NCBI GenBank assembly: GCA_039586795.1
Contig: JBDHJS010000019.1
Coordinates: 1 to 60,940, forward strand
DNA from: Gemmatimonadota bacterium
Lineage (GTDB): Bacteria > Gemmatimonadota > Gemmatimonadetes > Palauibacterales > KS3-K002
Direction of reading: 5' to 3'
DNA length: 60,940 nt
The notes below the pieces were generated by a model. The model was not told the origin of the DNA. It saw only the letters and a program-made list of their open reading frames with translations, and did no database searches. Numbering within the stretch: the first letter of the stretch is position 1; each line of letters starts with the position of its first letter. The position numbers and the translations under genes are program-made. Shown piece by piece: positions 9,925-19,375 of the stretch.

Positions 9925-12900
9925 ATGAGCATGCGTTCAGCTTCAGGTCGCGAAGAGCTCATCCGGGTCATTAGATCCGTCCGAAGACGCTGGCGTCTCA
10001 AGATAGTCATGCGGGGTATCGGGGTAGTGATCGGCGCCGGACTCGCGGTCTTTCTGATTTCCGCTTTCGGAATGGATCGGCTGCGTTTCACGCCCGAGGC
10101 CGTTGTTGCGTTCCGCGTGCTGGCCTACTCTGGGATCGGAATACTCGTCTTCGTGTTTCTCGTTTGGCCGCTAAGACGTCGGTTGAGCGATGAGCGGATC
10201 GCCCTGTACCTCGAGGAGCATGAACCCTCTCTCGAGATGCGCCTGTCCAGTGCGGTGGAGTTCAGCGAGGCCGAAGGAGCAGCGGATGACGGGTTCTCGC
10301 CGACGTTTGTGCGGAAGCTGATCGAAAATGCCGCCGAACGTTGCATCGCTATCGACCACGGTCGCCGAGTCGAGCGTGGGCAGCTCGCCCGTTCCTCCAG
10401 TTTGCTCGCCGGTACTACCCTTGCCGCGCTGGTGGTCTTCATCCTCTCGCCCTCGTTCGTCCGCCACAGCACGCCCTTCCTCATTCCTTTTGGCTCGGCC
10501 AGCCTCGACAACCCGTACAGCATTGAAGTATTTCCGGGTGATTCGAAAGTCGCGCGAGGATCCGAGCTCAAGGTCGGTGCCCGATTGGTCAACTTCGAAT
10601 CCGAGGATGTCGAGATCGCCGTGCAGCGCGGTACAACAGGCGAGTGGGAACGCTTCCCAATGGGCCTGGACGACGAGACCGGTGACTTCATGTTCTTCCT
10701 GTTCGACCTGGAAGAGGAAACGGAGTACTTCGTCGAGGCGGCTGGTGTGCGGTCGCCCCTCTTCAGGATAGAGGTTGCTGAACTGCCGTATGTGCAGATT
10801 CTGGCACTGGAGTACCACTTTCCGGCCTACACCGGGTTGCGCCCACTGCTGCAAGAGGACGGCGGTGATATCGCGGCGCTGAAAGGTACTGAAGTCCGCA
10901 TGTGGGTCACGCCCACGGTCCCGGTCTCCGGCGGATCGATCGTAATTGATGAAGTTGACTCGCTATCGCTGACCATAGACCCCGACGGCAGGCTCAGCGG
11001 CAGCCTACAGGTGACCGAGAACGGTCTGTATAGGATCGTGTTCGATACCCCGGACGGCGACAAGGTAGTTGGCTCGCCTGACTATCTGATTGATGTGCTT
11101 ACCGATCAGCCACCATCCGTCAGCTTCACAAAGCCGGGTCGTGACATCAAGGTCACGAACATCGAGGAAGTATACGTCGAGGCCGAGGCACAAGATGATT
11201 ACGGGATCCGGTTCTTGCAGTTGATCTACTCGGTCAATGGAGGCCCGGAAGACACCCTGTCCTTGTATGAGGGTAGGCGAAAAGACCTGTCAGCGGGACA
11301 CACATATTACCTCGAAGAACTCGAGCTCGTCCCCGGTGATTTCATCTCCTACTACGCTCGAGTAGGTGACGACAATCGGTTCAGCGGACGGCAAACCGCG
11401 GTCACCGATATCTACTTCATGGAGGTTCGCCCCTTCGATCAGCGCTACCGGCAGTCGGAACAGGCGGCGATGCCGGGCGGTGGCGGAGGATTCGAGAGCT
11501 CTCTGGCACGACAACAGCGAGATATCATCGCTGCGACCTTCAACCTGATTCGGGATCGCGAGCGCTACACGGACGATGAGTTCGAGGAGAACATGGCCAC
11601 CCTCGCCCTGGCTCAGGGCCGGCTTCGGGGTGAGGTCGAGGTGCTGGTATCTCGTATCGAGTCTCGGGGCATAGTGCAGATGGACTCGAGCTTTCAAATG
11701 ATCGCTCAGGCGCTTCCCATCGCGGCGGAAGCGATGCGCGAGGCGGAAGAGCGGTTGGGTGAGAATGACGCGGAGGACGCACTACCCCCGGAGCAGAGGG
11801 CCCTCCAGCAATTACAGCGCGCCGAGGCGGCGTTCCGCGAAGTACAGGTCGGGCAGAACCAGCAGCAGGGTGGAGGCGGTGGCAGCATGCCCGACGCGGA
11901 AGAGCTGGCCGAGCTGTTCGAATTAGAGTTAGACAAACAGCGGAACCAGTACGAGCAGGTGCAGCGCGACCGGCAGCAGCAGGTGAACGAAGAGATCGAC
12001 GAGACGTTGCAGAAGCTCCAAGAGCTGGCACGCCGTCAGCAGCAGGAGAACGAGCGGCTGCGCGCACAGGCGGGGCAATCGCAGGGTCAATCGAGCGGTG
12101 GCGCATCACAGAGACAGCTTGCGCAGGAGGCGGAGGAGTTGGCGCGCAAGCTGGAGCGTCTGGCGCGAGAGGAGCGAAGGCCGGAGCTCGAGCAAACAGC
12201 CAGAGAACTGCGCGATGCGGTCGAGGATATGCGGCGCGCCGCGGCGAACACTCGAAACGGCGGGGCGGCACAAGGCCAGGCCGCGCTCGAGCGGCTCAGG
12301 GAAGCTCGCCGGCTTCTCGAAGAGAATCGTTCGGCCAGCCTACAGAGGGATGTCGAGGACGCCTTAAGTCGGGCCGAGCGGCTCGCGGAGCAACAGCGCG
12401 ACGTGGCCCGCGACGTCGAACGGTTGGGCGAAGCCGGGCGATACGGGTCGGAGAGGCTCAACCGTGTGATGGAGCGCAAAGAAGAGATGGCGAGCGAGGT
12501 GGCGGATCTGGAGGCGCAGCTCGATCGCCTGGCCCGAGAGTCGCGAAGCGATCAGCGAGACGCCTCTCGTCGGCTGCAGGAAGCCGCGAACTCGATTCGC
12601 GACGACAAGCTCGAAGAGAAGATCCTCTATTCGCGCGGCGTGGTGCAACAGCGATCACAGGAGTATGCGCGGAACTTCGAAGAGCAGATAGCCAGAGACA
12701 TCGACCGTTTGCAGCAACAGATCGAGCAGGCTCGTGACGCGATAGGAGAATCCGAGGAACAGCGACTCGCGCGTAGCCTCGACCGGGCGCGGGATTTGAC
12801 CCGCTCTCTCGAGTCGCTTGAAGAGCGGACGCGCCAGGACGCGGAGGGGCGCGGCCAGCAGCAGGGTACACCCACAGAAGGGCAGCCACGCGCGGAAGGG

Positions 12901-13296
12901 GATCCTTCGAATTTCGATACACAGGACGGTTTTCCCGGCTTCACCCCGGGCGATGTCCGGCAATTCCGGCGCGAGTTCGGCGAGCAGCGCGGCGAGGCCG
13001 AGCGGTTACGCCAGGAGCTCCAGCGAGAGGGAATCGACGCCTCGGAGCTGGGCGCCATCATAGATCGGATGCGACGACTCGAAAGCGATCGGCCGTATTC
13101 GGATCCGCGGGGTCTTGCCGAGTTGCAGGCGCAGATCATTCGCGACCTCAAGGAGTTCGAGTACATGCTGCGCCGCGAGCTAATTGGGAACGAGGCCCGA
13201 GAGCTGCTCCTGTCGGGTTCCGATGAAGTGCCTCCGGGCTACCGGGAACTGGTTGAAGAGTACTACCGGTCCTTGGCAGAAGAACGCCGCAACTAG
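9925..13296 (+). CDS. DUF4175-like membrane protein with Ig-like domains and long Gln/Glu-rich coiled coil
   Basis: Three N-terminal TMs; FPAYTGL, DQPPSV, A.DDYGI motifs; long coiled coil; terminal VPPGYRELVEEYYRSL. Start chosen at ATG 9925. Confidence 0.75.
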   Translation: MSMRSASGREELIRVIRSVRRRWRLKIVMRGIGVVIGAGLAVFLISAFGMDRLRFTPEAVVAFRVLAYSGIGILVFVFLVWPLRRRLSDERIALYLEEHEPSLEMRLSSAVEFSEAEGAADDGFSPTFVRKLIENAAERCIAIDHGRRVERGQLARSSSLLAGTTLAALVVFILSPSFVRHSTPFLIPFGSASLDNPYSIEVFPGDSKVARGSELKVGARLVNFESEDVEIAVQRGTTGEWERFPMGLDDETGDFMFFLFDLEEETEYFVEAAGVRSPLFRIEVAELPYVQILALEYHFPAYTGLRPLLQEDGGDIAALKGTEVRMWVTPTVPVSGGSIVIDEVDSLSLTIDPDGRLSGSLQVTENGLYRIVFDTPDGDKVVGSPDYLIDVLTDQPPSVSFTKPGRDIKVTNIEEVYVEAEAQDDYGIRFLQLIYSVNGGPEDTLSLYEGRRKDLSAGHTYYLEELELVPGDFISYYARVGDDNRFSGRQTAVTDIYFMEVRPFDQRYRQSEQAAMPGGGGGFESSLARQQRDIIAATFNLIRDRERYTDDEFEENMATLALAQGRLRGEVEVLVSRIESRGIVQMDSSFQMIAQALPIAAEAMREAEERLGENDAEDALPPEQRALQQLQRAEAAFREVQVGQNQQQGGGGGSMPDAEELAELFELELDKQRNQYEQVQRDRQQQVNEEIDETLQKLQELARRQQQENERLRAQAGQSQGQSSGGASQRQLAQEAEELARKLERLAREERRPELEQTARELRDAVEDMRRAAANTRNGGAAQGQAALERLREARRLLEENRSASLQRDVEDALSRAERLAEQQRDVARDVERLGEAGRYGSERLNRVMERKEEMASEVADLEAQLDRLARESRSDQRDASRRLQEAANSIRDDKLEEKILYSRGVVQQRSQEYARNFEEQIARDIDRLQQQIEQARDAIGESEEQRLARSLDRARDLTRSLESLEERTRQDAEGRGQQQGTPTEGQPRAEGDPSNFDTQDGFPGFTPGDVRQFRREFGEQRGEAERLRQELQREGIDASELGAIIDRMRRLESDRPYSDPRGLAELQAQIIRDLKEFEYMLRRELIGNEARELLLSGSDEVPPGYRELVEEYYRSLAEERRN

Positions 13297-13404
13297 TATC
13301 ACCAAGTAGACAACAACCTTGCGGTCGCAACCGGGGCTTGATTAGCTTCGGGGCGACTCGCCACGCTGGTCCCCTGCCCATGTTCTTAGTCGAACAGGAG
13401 AAGC

Positions 13405-14715
13405 ATGCTCGTGAGGTTGCGTGTGCCGGCGCTACTCGGAATCGCGGCGGTACTGGGTTGCAGTGACAGCACTGAGCCCGGCAGCGTTCCGGCCGAGGTT
13501 CACGCCGTGTCCGGCGATGCGCAGGTCGGCACTGTCGGGATGCAGCTAGAGGATCCCCTCGAAGTGCGAGTGCTCGATTCTCGAGGGCGCGCGCTAGCGG
13601 GCGTTGTCGTCGTCTTTTCTGCATCGCAGGGTGACCTGGCTGGCGGCCCAGTAAGCTACTTCCCGGCCGTCGATGCGACTCTGGGGCTTTCGATGGCTCC
13701 GGCTATTCAAGAGACGAGCGACGCCGCCGGTTGGGCCCGGGCCGTCTGGACTCTGGGAACGGTGGCTGGTGAGCAGTCGGTGACGGTCGAGGTCGACGGC
13801 GTCGACCCGGTCACCTTTTCGGCGACGGCCAGTCCGGGAGCGCCGGCGGCGGTCGCCGTCGCTGGCGGCGACGGTCAGATAGACCAACCTGGAGCGGTGT
13901 TGGCTGCGTCCCTCGCGGCAAGCGTTGTGGACCAATTCGGAAACCCGAGAGCCGGCGAGACGGTTGATTGGGCTATCATAGCTGGTGGTGGAGATCTTTC
14001 GAGCTTGACAGGCCTGACGGATAGCAGCGGTGTAGCGAGCACGCTTTTGACCCTCGGCGGCGCTATCGGTTTCAACACTGTACAAGCTTCGAGCGACGGA
14101 TTGAGTTCGGCGCGTTTTCACACGCTGGCGCTGGCGATGGCCTGGGACGATGCCGTAGCTGACACGTTCTCCGGTGGCCTGTCCGGTAACAGGGTGTTAG
14201 CAGATCTTGCTCAGGTCGGCTACGCTTGGGACGCGGACACGCTGATCATCGGCCTTGCGTTCGTCGATTCCGTGGTCTCTACGCTGGTAGGTGGCGCGAA
14301 CGCGATGGGCGGTGTGCTCGATTTCGATATCGATCTGGATTCGCTCACGGGAATCGAGTCGCTGGCGGATCGGTATAGACCAGGCTCGGGTTCGACCGGC
14401 ATGGGCGTCGACATCGTCCTGGACATGTTCGCCGACGCGTCCGGGGAGTTCCTGATCTTCAACGATCGCATGCAGACGCTGGGCTCGACGACGCCGGACT
14501 TTCGAGGGCGGTTGCTTACGATGCGCGTCCCGGCTGCGTTCATTGGAACCGGTCCGCTGGCGATCGCGGTGACGGCCGGTACTCCCGCAGAGCCGACCGA
14601 CATCGCGCCTAATGATAGCAGCTACCTGGTGGCCGCAGGAGGTACGCCGACCCGACCGGAGGCGAAGGCTCCGGCAGGAGCGGCTGTCAACTATATAAGA
14701 GAGAGTTGGCAGTGA
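13405..14715 (+). CDS. Lipoprotein with two bacterial Ig-like (Big_1-type) domains
   Basis: SD AGGAG; lipobox VLGC; repeated (S/G)GD.Q.G.....L...L.V.V.D..G motif. Confidence 0.75.
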   Translation: MLVRLRVPALLGIAAVLGCSDSTEPGSVPAEVHAVSGDAQVGTVGMQLEDPLEVRVLDSRGRALAGVVVVFSASQGDLAGGPVSYFPAVDATLGLSMAPAIQETSDAAGWARAVWTLGTVAGEQSVTVEVDGVDPVTFSATASPGAPAAVAVAGGDGQIDQPGAVLAASLAASVVDQFGNPRAGETVDWAIIAGGGDLSSLTGLTDSSGVASTLLTLGGAIGFNTVQASSDGLSSARFHTLALAMAWDDAVADTFSGGLSGNRVLADLAQVGYAWDADTLIIGLAFVDSVVSTLVGGANAMGGVLDFDIDLDSLTGIESLADRYRPGSGSTGMGVDIVLDMFADASGEFLIFNDRMQTLGSTTPDFRGRLLTMRVPAAFIGTGPLAIAVTAGTPAEPTDIAPNDSSYLVAAGGTPTRPEAKAPAGAAVNYIRESWQ

Positions 14716-14720
14716 TTCAC

Positions 14721-15755
14721 ATGCAAAACCGAGTGCTTAATAAGATGATAAGAATACTGTCGTTTGTTTTCGGAGCGATGCTTGTTGTTTCCTGCGCCCC
14801 GGGGGGTGACGATGCGTCCACGGTCTTGGCGACGGTGGACGGGGAATCCATTACGATGGCCGACCTGGACACGCTTGTCGGTGACCGCCTGGCGCTCATG
14901 GAATACGAGTACAAGCAGGAGCGTTACAGTCTGGTCGAGTTGGCTCTCCAGAGGTCGATCCGGAACAGGCTCTTGGAAATGGCCGCCGTGGAGCGTGGAA
15001 TCACGATGGAGCAGTACATGGCGCAGTTGACTGCTGGGGTCCAGGTGACCGAACAAGAGATAGTGAGCGTGTATGAGCGCAACGCTCCCGCGCTGGGAGG
15101 CCGCTCCCTGGATGATGTGTATGAGCAGATAGAGGACTACATCCACAACCTGAAATACCAACAAGCCCTCGATCAGGCGTCGGAACAGCTGGCCGAGATG
15201 CACGCGGTGGACATCCTCCTCGAGCCGGTGCGGATCGAGCTGGATAATGAAGGGTCGCCCTCGTTCGGGCCAAGCGACGCTCCCGTTACCCTGACCGAGT
15301 TCTCCGATTTCGAGTGTCCCTATTGCGCCAGGTTCTTCGCCACGGTCAACCAGCTGAAGCAGGCATACGCCGGTCAGCTGCGCATCGTCTACAGGCAATA
15401 TCCTCTGGATATCCACCCCAACGCGTTCAAGGCAGCCGAAGCTTCGTTGTGCGCTGAAGAGCAGGGGATGTTCTGGGAGATGCATGATCTGCTCTTCATG
15501 GGTCAGGATTCGCTTGGCGTGGACGCTCTCAAAGAGAAGGCGAGCCGCCTGGGCCTGGATCGAGCGGAGTTCGATGCCTGCCTGGAGTCAGGTCGTCACG
15601 TAGAGCAGATCGAGCGCGATATGCGTGAAGGTAGCCGCCTTGGCCTGGAGGGGACGCCGTACGTTTTTGTGAACGGTGTGAAGGTTCCGGGTGGCGCTGC
15701 CCCGTACGATGTGATCGCGAAGATGATCGATCAGGAGCTTGCTCGAGGGCGCTGA
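14721..15755 (+). CDS. DsbA family thioredoxin-fold protein with SurA-like N-terminal region
   Basis: Lipobox VVSC; EFSDFECPYC active site; QYPL, GTP cis-Pro loop, FVNG. Confidence 0.9.
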   Translation: MQNRVLNKMIRILSFVFGAMLVVSCAPGGDDASTVLATVDGESITMADLDTLVGDRLALMEYEYKQERYSLVELALQRSIRNRLLEMAAVERGITMEQYMAQLTAGVQVTEQEIVSVYERNAPALGGRSLDDVYEQIEDYIHNLKYQQALDQASEQLAEMHAVDILLEPVRIELDNEGSPSFGPSDAPVTLTEFSDFECPYCARFFATVNQLKQAYAGQLRIVYRQYPLDIHPNAFKAAEASLCAEEQGMFWEMHDLLFMGQDSLGVDALKEKASRLGLDRAEFDACLESGRHVEQIERDMREGSRLGLEGTPYVFVNGVKVPGGAAPYDVIAKMIDQELARGR

Positions 15756-15800
15756 GCGCAGGGCCCGGTCGGGGTAGTCAAAGATATCCTGGATGAAACG

Positions 15801-15832
15801 GCGGGGTCGCCCGGATGAGCGGCCCCGCTTCT
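15801..15832. terminator. Probable bidirectional intrinsic terminator
   Basis: Stem GCGGGGTCGC (15801-15810) / GCGGCCCCGC (15819-15828) between convergent genes; only short T tracts. Confidence 0.6.
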
Positions 15833-15854
15833 ATGCTAGTCCAGCGAAATTGTT

Positions 15855-17510
15855 CTACAGATTGTCGTCGTCGGTCGCCAGCGAATTGGCGTAATAGGCA
15901 GCTTCGGTATCGTTCAGGGCCTCGTTGTAGACCCCGAAGTAGAATACGGTCCCTTGCATCGGTAGCTGCCAGATCAAGAATGGATAGTTGATCACCTGCA
16001 GCGCCAGATCATTCAGATTCCAGCGCAGCTCCTCTCCAAGGCCCGGCCAGTTGCCTGCGATCAGCTCTCCCACACCCTGGTCAACGCCGTCGATGTACAT
16101 CCGGATGCGCTTGTTGGCGGTGGGGTGGCTCGACTCGTAAACGATATGGTACACGCGCCGTACGTTGTCCCCCAGGTTCATCGGCCAACGCACCTGGAGG
16201 TTGTTGCTGTTGCGCGTTCGGAACTGGGCGATCGGTCGACCGTTCGTGTCCGCCAGCATCACGGCAGCTCGCCGCGAAATCCGCCGGTCCGTCTGAAACC
16301 CACCGATCGTCGCCGTATAGATCGTCGGCTGCACGTACGCGACAACGATTTCCAGCGTGAGCTCTGGAGAGAAGTGCAGTACTTCGTATTTGTTGCCGAG
16401 TGCCGGTCCGCCGGCGATCCCGCCATGGCCGAATGAACTCGAGTTGAGTCCCCGGTGCCCACCGAGCTCCGTCCACTGGAGTTCATTGACATACGTGATG
16501 GATAGGTGAACCGGATTCGGCGTGTCATCGAGGACCTGTGGTGGCGCCTGTCCCGATATTGCTTCGTTGAACCAGTAACGACCGAGCGGTTGCGGCGGCG
16601 CCCGATACATGGCCGTCAGGCCGCCCATCGGCCAGACATCTGCTCCAAACGAACCGATACGGGTCACGCTACCGGTCGCGGTGTCGATCTCGGCCAGCAT
16701 CGCTTCCCACGGCAACGATGCGTAGAGCTTTCCATCCGGCCCAAAGGCCAGATCGGAGATGGTCAGTGAATCTGTCATCACGGGATCGTTGAGGTAGAGC
16801 GTCCCGGTGATGTTTCCGGTGAGGGGGTCTACAGTATTGATCTGCGCGCGCGTGATGCTGTTCCCGCGTGACCCCCAGAGCACGCCGTTGGCGTCGAAAG
16901 CCAGGCCGTTGATATGGGCCCGTCGTCCACGCCAGTCGTCATAGCCGAGGGGCGTCGGGTGAACCTCGAGAACCGTTGCCGTCGTCTTATCCACCCGCAT
17001 GATCTTGCCCTGCGGGGTGCCGCCATACCAACCGCTGGCATACAACGTCCCGTCCGCGGCGAATGCGATACCCGAGGAGCCGCCAGGGCAGTTCGGTCCC
17101 GGCGTACCATCGAACCAACCGCCCATCAGCGTGTCGACCAGTGTCGCGGCGCCAGTAAGCGGATCGAGAGTGACCAGCAAAGCGCCGTAGCACGGGCCTC
17201 CCTTGATTCCGTACAGGATTCCAGTCGTTGGATCGAAATCGATAGCGCTGATGCGCTCGTTACCTTCGGCAAGGCCGTTGTGTCCGATGTAGGTAGCCAG
17301 GCCTGAGGTCTCCTCTATCGTGAACAGGCTGGCCGGATTGACGGTTGCGGCGCTGGTCGAGCCCCAGAGAACGGACATCGTCTGCGGTGCCGGAACACCC
17401 TGGACTCTCCAAGCGTCGGGTGAATCTGTTGCCGTAGGTTCGTCACACGCCGCCAGGACTAGCTGAGAGCCCACGACTGCGAACGCGACTAGAAAGGACT
17501 TCGTTCTCAT
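15855..17510 (-). CDS. Lipoprotein with beta-propeller repeats and C-terminal LamG/ConA-like domain
   Basis: SD AGGTGAG before ATG 17510; lipobox LAAC; repeats ISAIDFDP/SGIAFAADG/NGLAFDANG/SDLAFGPDG; YHIVY...RMYIDG...YNEAL. Confidence 0.7.
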   Translation of the reverse strand: MRTKSFLVAFAVVGSQLVLAACDEPTATDSPDAWRVQGVPAPQTMSVLWGSTSAATVNPASLFTIEETSGLATYIGHNGLAEGNERISAIDFDPTTGILYGIKGGPCYGALLVTLDPLTGAATLVDTLMGGWFDGTPGPNCPGGSSGIAFAADGTLYASGWYGGTPQGKIMRVDKTTATVLEVHPTPLGYDDWRGRRAHINGLAFDANGVLWGSRGNSITRAQINTVDPLTGNITGTLYLNDPVMTDSLTISDLAFGPDGKLYASLPWEAMLAEIDTATGSVTRIGSFGADVWPMGGLTAMYRAPPQPLGRYWFNEAISGQAPPQVLDDTPNPVHLSITYVNELQWTELGGHRGLNSSSFGHGGIAGGPALGNKYEVLHFSPELTLEIVVAYVQPTIYTATIGGFQTDRRISRRAAVMLADTNGRPIAQFRTRNSNNLQVRWPMNLGDNVRRVYHIVYESSHPTANKRIRMYIDGVDQGVGELIAGNWPGLGEELRWNLNDLALQVINYPFLIWQLPMQGTVFYFGVYNEALNDTEAAYYANSLATDDDNL

Positions 17511-17786
17511 ACTCACCTGCCGGTGTGCTATGCTCCCGCGTGCTGGCTCCAAAGCATCAGGCGCGGTCGTGCGAGACGGGATCGGGAACGCTCGGGCAGG
17601 ACATTGGACGGAGGCTAAGGGGAGTAGCTACTATAACTTAGCGATCGTGGGCTCCTATTACAAGATTGCGGACCCCGGGTGGCCCGTATCCCGCTGTCAT
17701 TCATGGAAATGCGCGGGAGGACGGTCTTGTGCGATGGAACCCGAGTATCTGATGACGAGTTCTAGTGACTCCAAGAAAGGGACTCA

Positions 17787-18416
17787 ATGAAGCTCGCTAT
17801 CATCGGAACCGGAAACGTTGGCGGCACCCTCGGCCGACTATGGGCGGAACTCGGTCATGACATCGTCTATGGCGTACGCGACCCGAGCGCCGCCAAAGTG
17901 CAGAGCTTGCTGGGGGAGTCTGGCCCCCGCGCCCAGGCCATGCCGATTGAGGAGGCCGTTGCTGCAGGTCAGGTTGTCGTCCTCGCCGTGCCGTGGACCG
18001 TAGCTGAAGGGGTCGTGCGCCGTGCCGGTTCGTGGAGTAACAAGATCCTCGTCGATGCGACCAACCCCATCGTGCCGGGACTCGAGTTGGCCGTCGGGCA
18101 CACGACATCCGCGGCTGAAGAGATCGCCGCCTGGAGTGTAGACGCCCGCGTTGTAAAAGCGTTCAATACGCTGGGATACGAGCACCTGTCAAACCCCATG
18201 TTTGGAGAACACACTCTAAACATGTTCGTGTGCGGCGATGATGAAGAGGCGAAGTTCGTCGTGGCGGGATTAGCCCAGGAACTCGGTTTCGAAGTCGTCG
18301 ACGCCGGGCCGTTAGGCGCGGCTCGGCTGCTGGAGCCGCTGGCGATGCTATGGATCCGGCTTGCCATGGTGGAAGGTGAGGGGAGAGAGATAGCGTTCAA
18401 GCTTCTCCACCGCTGA
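17787..18416 (+). CDS. NADPH-dependent F420 reductase / NADP oxidoreductase family protein
   Basis: IIGTGNVG Rossmann motif, VLAVPW, DATNP, VVKAFNT, GDDEEAK, DAGPL..AR.LEP. Confidence 0.9.
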   Translation: MKLAIIGTGNVGGTLGRLWAELGHDIVYGVRDPSAAKVQSLLGESGPRAQAMPIEEAVAAGQVVVLAVPWTVAEGVVRRAGSWSNKILVDATNPIVPGLELAVGHTTSAAEEIAAWSVDARVVKAFNTLGYEHLSNPMFGEHTLNMFVCGDDEEAKFVVAGLAQELGFEVVDAGPLGAARLLEPLAMLWIRLAMVEGEGREIAFKLLHR

Positions 18417-18429
18417 TCGAGCGAGCAGC

Positions 18430-19290
18430 ATGTCGTCTGAAACAGTCACGACGATCGACTTCCACATCACTGCGGAGTGCAGTCAGGAGTGCCCGTACTG
18501 CTGGGGTCCGCGAGACTTCGAATGCCCCGTCGATACCGACATAGCCCTGGCGATCGTTTCCAAGGTCAAGGACGTCGGTGCCCGGCGAATCGTGTTCACG
18601 GGTGGCGATCCGCTCAAACGGCCTGATGTCGCTACGCTCATCCGACACGCCAAGAAGGTCGGCCTCCAGGTGGCGCTCTCTACAACGGGGGATGAGCTCT
18701 CCCTTGAATTCCTCGACAGCGTCGGTACCTGTATCGACCTCATATCGATCCCGCTCGATGGTTCATCGGAGGCTGTGAATTCGCGGACGAAGGAATCCGG
18801 CCATTTTGACGCCGTGCAGTTGGCACTGAGCAGATTGCGCAGCTACCCGGAGATCGACGTGAAGATCTGTACGCCGGTCACCCGCAGGAACATCGACGAT
18901 GTGCCCAACATTGTGGCGTTAGCAGAGCGCTACGCGGCGACGACGGACGCGCGAGTGTTCTACAACATCTTTCAGACTTACCCGCGCGCGATGTTCGATG
19001 CCGAGTGGGCTGATCTCGTTGTGAGCGATGATGAATTCAGGACACTGGAAGAGAGGGTCGCGGGGACGACAACGCTCCGAGTGAATTGTTTGAGTCATCA
19101 AACGCTAGATCGACTCTATGCCATGATCTTCCCCGATGGCAGCCTGGTCGTGCCGTCGGGAAGGAAGTACTCGAGCTATGGTCAATTCCTCGATGTGACC
19201 GACCTTGCCGCAACACTGGCGTCTAGCGAGTTCGACTCTGCAAAACACCTTCTCCACTCCAAAGGTTGGGAGAAGCTGCCGCCCACTTAG
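18430..19290 (+). CDS. Radical SAM protein, viperin (RSAD2)-like
   Basis: FHITAECSQECPYC (CxxxCxxC), FTGGDP, KICTPV, IFQ, VSDDEF, YAMIFPDG, C-terminal FLDV...SEFD. Radical SAM call is firm; the viperin relationship comes from a by-eye comparison. Confidence 0.85.
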   Translation: MSSETVTTIDFHITAECSQECPYCWGPRDFECPVDTDIALAIVSKVKDVGARRIVFTGGDPLKRPDVATLIRHAKKVGLQVALSTTGDELSLEFLDSVGTCIDLISIPLDGSSEAVNSRTKESGHFDAVQLALSRLRSYPEIDVKICTPVTRRNIDDVPNIVALAERYAATTDARVFYNIFQTYPRAMFDAEWADLVVSDDEFRTLEERVAGTTTLRVNCLSHQTLDRLYAMIFPDGSLVVPSGRKYSSYGQFLDVTDLAATLASSEFDSAKHLLHSKGWEKLPPT

Positions 19291-19375
19291 CGGACGCCAC
19301 AGCTGCTCGAGGCTGGGTCTCGCCCATGAAGCTGATACCTGCTAACGTGTTCTCAAATCACGACCGGAGGGCAAG

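Noticed and set aside
11860..12120. CAG-rich runs in the DUF4175-like gene
   Set aside because: Explained by Gln/Gly low-complexity linkers; not a DNA-level repeat.
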